Source of the DNA: Eubacteriales bacterium
GTDB lineage: Bacteria > Bacillota > Clostridia > Oscillospirales > CAG-272
NCBI GenBank assembly: GCA_045657225.1
Contig: JAZOSR010000035.1
Coordinates: forward strand, 20,953 to 84,952
DNA: 64,000 bases
Reading direction: 5' to 3'
Shown piece after piece: positions 8,799 through 15,011 of this stretch (position 1 is the first letter of the stretch; every line of letters begins with the position of its first letter). A program made the translations under genes and the position numbers. The notes under the pieces are model-generated. The model had not been told where the DNA came from. It did not search any database and saw only the letters and a program-made list of their open reading frames with translations.

Positions 8799-9202
8799 AG
8801 GAATTATCAATCAGAGCGATCGGTCGGCGCGGTGAGCGAATTGCCGCCCGTCATTTGAAGCGTCAGGGCTATAAAATTGTTGGTAAAAACCTGCATTACC
8901 GCAAAAACGAGCTTGATATTATTGCGGCTGACCGTCAATATCTTGTTTTCGTTGAGGTAAAAACACGCACGTTTTTATCATCTACCGGTGCCGATACGGT
9001 GCGCCCTGCCACTGCGGTCGATGCCGAAAAGCGCAAGCGAACGGTAGAAGCGGCAATGGCGCATCTTGCCGCACATCACACAGAGCTTTGCCCTCGCTTT
9101 GACGTGATCGAAATCTATCTTGATCAATCAAGGCGTTATCGTGCCTTCAAGATCAATCATATTGAGGACGCATTTACCGCAAGCGGAAAATTCCGCAGAT
9201 AA
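8795..9202 (+). CDS. yraN: YraN-family (UPF0102) putative endonuclease
   Basis: GERIAARHLKRQGYKIVGKN...ELDIIA...LVFVEVKTR pattern; follows rnhB as in many Firmicutes. Confidence 0.85.
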   Translation: MKELSIRAIGRRGERIAARHLKRQGYKIVGKNLHYRKNELDIIAADRQYLVFVEVKTRTFLSSTGADTVRPATAVDAEKRKRTVEAAMAHLAAHHTELCPRFDVIEIYLDQSRRYRAFKINHIEDAFTASGKFRR

Positions 9203-9240
9203 TTTATGATAAAATTTCAGCTAACATAAAGGAGCCAATT

Positions 9241-10725
9241 ATGAAATTCCAAAGCACACGCGATCAAAGCGCTGCCAAATTCAGTGCGGCACAGGTCATC
9301 AAGCAGGGTCTTGCCGCAGACGGCGGTCTTTTCGTGCCCGAAGAGATCCCCGCGCTTACCGAAACCGAGATCAAAGCACTTTGCACCATGGATTATCCCG
9401 CACGCGCGGCAGAGATCCTTGGTAAATTTCTTACCGATTATAGCAAAGAGGAGCTTCTTGCAGACTGCCGCGCGGCGTATGCCCCCGCATCCTTTGTCGG
9501 TGGTGCCGCCCCCCTTCACGCCTTGCAGGATCATCTTCAAGTAATGGAGCTTTGGCACGGTCCTACCGCCGCTTTTAAGGATATGGCGTTGCAGATCATG
9601 CCTCGCCTACTCTCCCGCGCGCTCATCAAAACGGGCGAGGAGCGCACGGCGCTGATTCTGGTTGCCACCTCGGGTGACACGGGCAAGGCGGCTCTTGAGG
9701 GCTACAAGGACATTGACCGCATTCAGATGATGGTCTTCTACCCCGTTGACGGTGTCAGTGCCGTGCAAAAGCTGCAAATGCAAACGCAAACCGGCGACAA
9801 TGTCAACGTAACCGCCATCAAGGGCAATTTTGACGATGCACAAACCGGTGTCAAGCGCATTTTCTCCAGCGAAGAGGTTGCCCGCAAGCTCAACGAAAAG
9901 GGCTATTTCCTCTCCTCCGCTAACTCGATCAACTGGGGACGCCTTGCGCCGCAGATCGTGTATTACGTATCGGCATACTGCGACCTTCTGAATAAGGGCA
10001 CGATCAAGTACGGTGACAAGATCAACGTAACGGTTCCCACGGGCAATTTCGGCAATATTTTCGCCGCTTATCTTGCAAAGCTCATGGGTCTGCCCATCGA
10101 CAAGCTCGTTTGCGCTTCCAACAAAAACAATATTCTCACCGATTTCCTGAAAACCGGCACGTACGACCGCAACCGCGATTTTTATCTCACCATGTCGCCC
10201 TCGATGGATATTCTCATTTCGAGCAATCTTGAAAGACTGCTTTACTTCACTGCAGGTCCCGCGCGCACTGCGGCATATATGAAGGATTTGAACGAAAAGG
10301 GCGTTTATACGGTGGACGAGGAGATCAAAAACGCGATCGACGAGTCCTTTGTCGGTTGCTTTGCCGATGAGCAAGCGACCGCCGCTACCATCAAAAGCAC
10401 GATGGAAAAGTACGGCTATCTCATTGACACGCACACTGCCGTTGCTGTCAGCGCCGCCGAGCAGTATATGAAGGAAAGCGGCGATCAAAAGCCGATGGTG
10501 GTTGCCTCGACCGCAAGTCCTTACAAGTTCGCCTTTGACGTTTATACCTCGCTTTACGATAGTGCCCCCACCTCGTCGCTTGCGGCACTTGATGAGCTGG
10601 CGGCAAAAACCGGCACGGAAATTCCCTATCCTCTTTGCGGTATTGGCGAGCGCAAGGTGCGCTTTACCGACGTTGTTGATGCGGCGGATATGGAACAGGC
10701 AATGCTTGATTACGTTGCCAAATAA
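9241..10725 (+). CDS. thrC: threonine synthase
   Basis: 494 aa; MKFQSTRD start, PLP-lysine motif TAAFKDMALQ, long-form ThrC length. Confidence 0.95.
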   Translation: MKFQSTRDQSAAKFSAAQVIKQGLAADGGLFVPEEIPALTETEIKALCTMDYPARAAEILGKFLTDYSKEELLADCRAAYAPASFVGGAAPLHALQDHLQVMELWHGPTAAFKDMALQIMPRLLSRALIKTGEERTALILVATSGDTGKAALEGYKDIDRIQMMVFYPVDGVSAVQKLQMQTQTGDNVNVTAIKGNFDDAQTGVKRIFSSEEVARKLNEKGYFLSSANSINWGRLAPQIVYYVSAYCDLLNKGTIKYGDKINVTVPTGNFGNIFAAYLAKLMGLPIDKLVCASNKNNILTDFLKTGTYDRNRDFYLTMSPSMDILISSNLERLLYFTAGPARTAAYMKDLNEKGVYTVDEEIKNAIDESFVGCFADEQATAATIKSTMEKYGYLIDTHTAVAVSAAEQYMKESGDQKPMVVASTASPYKFAFDVYTSLYDSAPTSSLAALDELAAKTGTEIPYPLCGIGERKVRFTDVVDAADMEQAMLDYVAK

Positions 10726-10737
10726 AAAGCAACGAAA

Positions 10738-10770
10738 AAGGTTGCTTGCGGTTATTTCGCAAGCAACCTT
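10738..10770. terminator. hairpin between convergent thrC and DUF1540 gene
   Basis: AAGGTTGCTTGCG-GTTATTT-CGCAAGCAACCTT 13-bp stem; weak U-tract. Confidence 0.6.
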
Positions 10771-10786
10771 CTGAAATTAGTTAAGA

Positions 10787-10969
10787 TCAGTTGTTCTTCG
10801 GCTTAAATGTCGCGCATACCGTATCGGTGCTGCAATCGGCGTAGCTGGGGCCAACACTGATCTTTTGAGCGGTGCAGTAGCACTCGCCCTCATGGTATTG
10901 GCAATTTTTGACGTCGCAGGTAATACCTCTGTTGACGTCGTGACAACAGTTATCGTTTCTTTCCATCAT
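10787..10969 (-). CDS. DUF1540 domain-containing Cys-rich small protein
   Basis: 60 aa; ITCDVKNCQYHEGECYCTAQKISVGP pattern characteristic of DUF1540. Confidence 0.8.
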   Translation of the reverse strand: MMERNDNCCHDVNRGITCDVKNCQYHEGECYCTAQKISVGPSYADCSTDTVCATFKPKNN

Positions 10970-11050
10970 GATAGTTCTCTCCTTTCAAAGGATAGTATTA
11001 TTATGCTCGTTTTCTCGTGCTTCATTCTTCAAGAAAGGAGGGGATTTTGT

Positions 11051-11791
11051 ATGGCACTTTTTACCATAGCCGACCTGCATTTTTCAGCCTGCGGCGATCA
11101 TAAAATGGACGTTTTTGGCTCTCGTTGGCAAAACTACACGAAAAAAATATGTGACACGTGGCGCGCGGTTGTCGGTGAGAATGATACCGTGGTGATCCCC
11201 GGTGACATTTCTTGGGGCATGACGCTTAGCGAGGCAAAGGATGATTTTGCCCTGCTCCATTCTCTTCCCGGCAAAAAGCTGATCGGCAAGGGTAACCATG
11301 ATTTTTGGTGGGATACCGCCAAAAAGTGCAATGGCTTTTTTGAAGAAAATGGCTTTGATACGTTGTCGCTTCTTTACAACAACGCATATATTGTAGAAGA
11401 TTTTATCGTTTGCGGCACACGTGGATGGTTTCTTGACAAGGAGCAGCAGGTCACGGTCGGTGAGGTTGATTTTGAAAAAATTTCGGCGCGTGAGCTTGGG
11501 AGATTAAAGCTTTCGCTTGATGCCGCAAAAAAATTGCAAACGGGCGAGCACGAGGACAAGGAAATACTTGTTTTTTTGCATTTCCCTCCTAAATGGAAGG
11601 ATTTTGAATTTACCGCTATGCTGGAGCTTCTTTTATCTTATCATGTGAAGCGCTGCTATTTCGGGCATATTCACGGTCTTTACGGAGCGGAGCCGATTGT
11701 GCGGTATGGCGCGCTTTCGGGCCGTCTTATCTCGTCCGATTTTTTAAATTTCATTCCCCACAGAATATTTTCTGCCGAAAACGCCTTATAA
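11051..11791 (+). CDS. metallophosphoesterase (calcineurin-like phosphoesterase family)
   Basis: Start moved to ATG 11051 (SD AGGAGGGG). Motifs IADLHFS, PGDISWG, GNHDFWW, FLHFPP, GHIHG in canonical order. Confidence 0.85.
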   Translation: MALFTIADLHFSACGDHKMDVFGSRWQNYTKKICDTWRAVVGENDTVVIPGDISWGMTLSEAKDDFALLHSLPGKKLIGKGNHDFWWDTAKKCNGFFEENGFDTLSLLYNNAYIVEDFIVCGTRGWFLDKEQQVTVGEVDFEKISARELGRLKLSLDAAKKLQTGEHEDKEILVFLHFPPKWKDFEFTAMLELLLSYHVKRCYFGHIHGLYGAEPIVRYGALSGRLISSDFLNFIPHRIFSAENAL

Positions 11792-11798
11792 TTAATAT

Positions 11799-11813
11799 AT
11801 TTTGTAGATATTT
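11799..11813 (+). repeat. left copy of 15-bp direct repeat ATTTTGTAGATATTT (candidate attL / element end)
   Basis: Exact match to 26574-26588; continues cGCAAA vs tGCtAAA. Confidence 0.8.
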
Positions 11814-11841
11814 CGCAAATGTCAACCCCCTATTTTAGAAA

Positions 11842-12900
11842 TTAAGCAAATTTTTTTATGCCGAGGGTGGAGAGCTCGGCGTGGAAGCGTTCTCTTGCGG
11901 TGTCCCAATTAAAGAGCTGGCGGGGCATATCGTTAAGATAATCGCATGCCTCGGCTATCTCATTATCGCTATAATTGGCTATGGGAACGCCCTTTTTAAT
12001 GAAGCGGCGGAGGATCCTATTTTGGTTCTCGTTGCTCCCTCGTTCAGAACTGCAATACGGATGGCAATAAAAGACCGACGTGCGGACGGAATTACCTCTC
12101 CTCGATAATTCCATCCTGCGCCAGTCTGCAAACTCGCTGCCATTGTCACAAGTGATCGTCTTGAAGATCTTACGAAATTTAGTGATACCGAGCTGTTTTT
12201 CGAGCTTATCCAGGACGGCGACGGTGGAGGCGGCACTTTTATCCGTCGCACGAAAAACAAGCTCAAATCGCGTTTTTCGCTCCGTTAAGACCAACAACGT
12301 ATTACCGTGCCGTTTTGTGCCTATGACGCTATCAAGCTCCCAATGACCAAATTCCTCACGCTGCAGCACGTGCGGCGGACGCAGATCAATACAAGTACCG
12401 CGAGGTGGATTTTTTACCTTTTCCACCTTGCGGTATTTTCTTTTTCTCATGCCGCGGCAAACGAGATCCTTATTGGTGAGGCGGCGGAAATATCCCTTGT
12501 CGATATAGTGATAAAGCGTTGTGACACAGATCTGTGTTTTCACCGGGATCTGTTCACGTCTGATCGTTGCGAGAGCGACTGCCGGGGAGAGCTTGCGCTT
12601 AAGGATCAGCTCCTCGATCGTGCGGAGGGTATCGTGATCATTGCTGATCTTTGGCTGCGCTCCCCGGGCCTCTTTATTGAAATCTGCGTTTCTTTGTGCC
12701 AGATCTGCACTATATTTCTTTGTTTCGGTCCAATCATGATTACGATGCATGTAATAACCGCGTTTCAGCTCGTAATAGATTGCCGGATTAGAATAGCCGA
12801 GGATCTGTGAGATTTTTACGGCATTCAAATGAAGCACATTATACATGCGCTCGATCGTCTTTCTTACCTCATACGTCATTCGTTTGTAACCCATTGTCAA
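11842..12900 (-). CDS. IS30-family DDE transposase
   Basis: 352 aa; N-terminal HTH, then GHWELDSV (D), ITCDNGSEF (D), SERGSNENQNRILRRFIKKG (E) - the IS30 DDE spacing and motifs. Confidence 0.92.
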   Translation of the reverse strand: MTMGYKRMTYEVRKTIERMYNVLHLNAVKISQILGYSNPAIYYELKRGYYMHRNHDWTETKKYSADLAQRNADFNKEARGAQPKISNDHDTLRTIEELILKRKLSPAVALATIRREQIPVKTQICVTTLYHYIDKGYFRRLTNKDLVCRGMRKRKYRKVEKVKNPPRGTCIDLRPPHVLQREEFGHWELDSVIGTKRHGNTLLVLTERKTRFELVFRATDKSAASTVAVLDKLEKQLGITKFRKIFKTITCDNGSEFADWRRMELSRRGNSVRTSVFYCHPYCSSERGSNENQNRILRRFIKKGVPIANYSDNEIAEACDYLNDMPRQLFNWDTARERFHAELSTLGIKKFA

Positions 12901-13065
12901 GTGCTCCTTTCACCAAAAAGGCGGAAGGCGGTGGGGCGGCGCCGGCTAACCCGCCTTGGCGCGCGCCCCACACTCGCCATTCCGCCCACTCTTTTGTTTG
13001 AAATTCCTTTTGTCCCTGTAGCCAGACCCTTGACAATCGGGTGCTTTTGCGATCTCTCCCACAGA

Positions 13066-13197
13066 TGAAAATAAGCCCGAAAGGAGGTGATAAGATGGGA
13101 TACTTACGTATATGCAACTGGATCTGCACTCACAGCCAAATGATTGTTGATCTAATTGCAAAGATGCTCGTCATCTTATAAACCCTTACGGGCTTGT
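13066..13197 (-). ncRNA. candidate cis-antisense (antitoxin-like) RNA A; ends approximate
   Basis: Predicted start about 7 nt downstream of the antisense -10; would be fully complementary to the 28-codon ORF and its SD; a weak hairpin plus U-rich run (CCTTTCGGGCTTATTTT) lies opposite the SD region. Confidence 0.4.
13095..13181 (+). CDS. 28-aa peptide, candidate type I toxin (copy A): MGYLRICNWICTHSQMIVDLIAKMLVIL
   Basis: Strong SD AAGGAGGTGATAAG before ATG; same-length homologous ORF at 18009-18095 with several synonymous third-position differences; followed by a 9-bp-stem hairpin. Confidence 0.55.
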   Translation: MGYLRICNWICTHSQMIVDLIAKMLVIL

Positions 13198-13203
13198 GGG
13201 ATT

Positions 13204-13232
13204 ATTATATCACACAAGCCCCTTCTTGTCAA
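13204..13232 (-). promoter_or_regulatory. consensus antisense promoter TTGACA-17-TATAAT convergent on peptide ORF A
   Basis: Minus strand: TTGACA (13227-13232), 17-nt spacer, TATAAT (13204-13209); the -10 lies in the loop of the hairpin after the ORF stop. Conserved in copy B. Confidence 0.65.
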
Positions 13233-13649
13233 GCCTTGGGGTGGAAAACCTTATCCGCGGTTTTCCCCAACACCACACCGTGGTGTCGGTGCCCCTTTCC
13301 CTGCGAGGTGTTTCATAACGCTCTCGCAAACTCAAAAGTGGGGTATATAACGGTTTTTCTAACTTTTCTCTGACACGCGGGGAGAAAACTTAAAAAAGCC
13401 GTTACATCTTCCCGAGGTCTAAACGACCTCGTTTTGATTTTACTCACTCGTTATGTAGCTCCGCTATCAAGGAAGTGAAGGCAAGGCGCAAGCGCCTTAC
13501 TTTCACTTCCCATTTCCATTTTTGGGGAGGCGCCGTCTGCGGACGGCGGCGCGGAGTTGGTTGCCGCGTACGTTCATCAACAGCGACCGGGGGCGGCTGA
13601 ATACCCCCGGGGTTGCAAAGCCGAACAGCAACGAAGGCAGGTGGAAAGG

Positions 13650-13763
13650 ATGGAGAACGTGAGCTTAAGCGACAAGGCAATACAACGGCTGATCGAGTTT
13701 CTCTCACGTGCCGGGTGGACCGACGCACAGATCCTTGATCTGATCAATTACGTAACGAAATAA
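13650..13763 (+). CDS. hypothetical 37-aa protein (MENVSLSDKAIQRLIEFLSRAGWTDAQILDLINYVTK)
   Basis: SD AGGTGGAAAGG before ATG 13650; followed by hairpin CGAGGAG...CTCCTCG. The 68-aa ORF-track start lies in GC-rich hairpin DNA and is unlikely. Confidence 0.5.
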   Translation: MENVSLSDKAIQRLIEFLSRAGWTDAQILDLINYVTK

Positions 13764-13919
13764 AAAATACCCGAGGAGCCCTAACTCCTCGAGTATTCCA
13801 CATATTGCAGATGGGGTGCGAGCCTGCCCGCATCCTGTCTGCCAACCCTGTATGCACAGTATACCACAAACAAATCTATTTGTCAAGCCCCGGGTTTTCC
13901 CGGGCGGAAAGGAAGAAAA

Positions 13920-14102
13920 ATGACCTATCAAGACCTGATCAGCGCCGGCATTGAGATCCAATGCCAAACCGTACTTTACTACTACGACTATAACCGGGAT
14001 AAGCGCGTGCTGCTTTCGCCTGCAGATGCAGCCGGCAAAGAGATCAGATACATGTACGTGGAGGACGACGTGCTTTACATCGAAGTGGAGGTGGAGCTAT
14101 GA
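13920..14102 (+). CDS. hypothetical 60-aa protein
   Basis: SD GGAAAGGAAG; stop overlaps next start (ATGA). Confidence 0.6.
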   Translation: MTYQDLISAGIEIQCQTVLYYYDYNRDKRVLLSPADAAGKEIRYMYVEDDVLYIEVEVEL

Positions 14103-14392
14103 ACGAATTCAATTTCAGCGTATTGATGAAGAAATCGCAAAACTACACGCCGAGCAGCTTGATGCACACCTATGCGCAGCAGCACCCGAGCGCAAGCTTT
14201 TGCTATGATCTGAACGGCAAGCCCTATCTGCTCATTGCCAACGTTCGCTATTACTACAAGCATTGGCGCATAATCGCCGTGTCGCCGAACAGCGAGATGG
14301 TAACCGTCTATCTCAACGATCCCCACGCACTTGTGCCTATGCCGGGCACAGAAGGTAATTGGGGTGAAAGACATTGGGGAGGTTTGAAATGA
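14099..14392 (+). CDS. hypothetical 97-aa protein
   Basis: SD GGAGGTGGAG; ATGA overlaps at both ends. Confidence 0.65.
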   Translation: MNEFNFSVLMKKSQNYTPSSLMHTYAQQHPSASFCYDLNGKPYLLIANVRYYYKHWRIIAVSPNSEMVTVYLNDPHALVPMPGTEGNWGERHWGGLK

Positions 14393-14550
14393 TCGAATTA
14401 TGGGTAAATTATTGGAGCGGAGATTTTTTCGTAGGACATTTTCCAGATATTACATCAGCTCAAAAATATTTTGAAGATCACAAGGAACGTTTTAGAGATT
14501 ATAGAGGTGAAAAATTTGGTTTCCCATACGCTACTCCATTTTTGCGCTAA
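14389..14550 (+). CDS. hypothetical 53-aa protein (MIELWVNYWSGDFFVGHFPDITSAQKYFEDHKERFRDYRGEKFGFPYATPFLR)
   Basis: Below ORF-track cutoff; found by reading on from the ATGA overlap at 14389-14392; SD GGGGAGG upstream. Confidence 0.55.
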   Translation: MIELWVNYWSGDFFVGHFPDITSAQKYFEDHKERFRDYRGEKFGFPYATPFLR

Positions 14551-14649
14551 AACAAAACATAATAGGGGGCGGTTTAACCGTCCCCGCCACCTCAAGCCCT
14601 ACTCCCTACCACTACCACATAGGGTGCTCTGCACCCGGAAAGGATTTTT

Positions 14650-14910
14650 ATGACAGAAGCTACTTACTACACCATCATACTTGTTTGTGTATCTGCTTTT
14701 GCCATTTTACATGGCATTAACTGCTTTATTCAAAGTCGAAAATATTACCAACTCACCATAGATGGTGAAACATTTCAAGTAGTATTTAATTTAGATATAA
14801 GCCGGTGGAGCAAAACCGTTACTTTCACAGATCTAAATTACATAGAGCACACTATGACTTACAACAGAATTGAACTCTATGAGATTAAGCTAAAGGAGCA
14901 TGACCAATGA
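14650..14910 (+). CDS. hypothetical 86-aa membrane-anchored protein
   Basis: SD GAAAGGA; N-terminal hydrophobic segment YYTIILVCVSAFAILHGINCFI. Confidence 0.6.
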   Translation: MTEATYYTIILVCVSAFAILHGINCFIQSRKYYQLTIDGETFQVVFNLDISRWSKTVTFTDLNYIEHTMTYNRIELYEIKLKEHDQ

Positions 14911-15002
14911 AATACTTCCTCCGTGCGCTTGAGATCCTCGGGATCCTCTCCTTCTCGCTTTTTGTGGGCTATCTGCTCTTTCTGATGGTCTACATCGTGT
15001 GA
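14907..15002 (+). CDS. hypothetical 31-aa hydrophobic micro-protein (MKYFLRALEILGILSFSLFVGYLLFLMVYIV)
   Basis: ATGA overlap with the preceding ORF; single predicted TM helix; ends 9 nt before the NTPase ATG. Confidence 0.5.
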   Translation: MKYFLRALEILGILSFSLFVGYLLFLMVYIV

Positions 15003-15011
15003 GGTGCTGCC

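Noticed and set aside
11792-11841. A tRNA or tmRNA gene as the integration target at the island borders
   Set aside because: No cloverleaf-compatible sequence or GTTCGAATC-type T-loop is present at either junction, and I noticed no tRNA anywhere in the window.
13024-13064. Search for an inverted partner of the IS30-type end (TGTAGATATTTCGCAAATGTCAAC), which would define a self-contained ~1.25-kb IS
   Set aside because: On the reverse strand this region shares only TGT, TCGCAAA and TGTCAA blocks with a 10-nt spacing difference, and TGTCAA is the -35 box of toxin module A. A second weak candidate at 26427-26456 (TACAGATCTTCAAAACACTGTCG) matches only about 13 of 22 positions. Neither is convincing by eye, and a proper alignment or ISfinder search is needed.
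13444-13728. 94-aa minus-strand ORF (Arg/Pro-rich)
   Set aside because: It lies in GC-rich hairpin DNA, has a biased composition and no SD, and overlaps the SD-preceded 37-aa plus-strand ORF.
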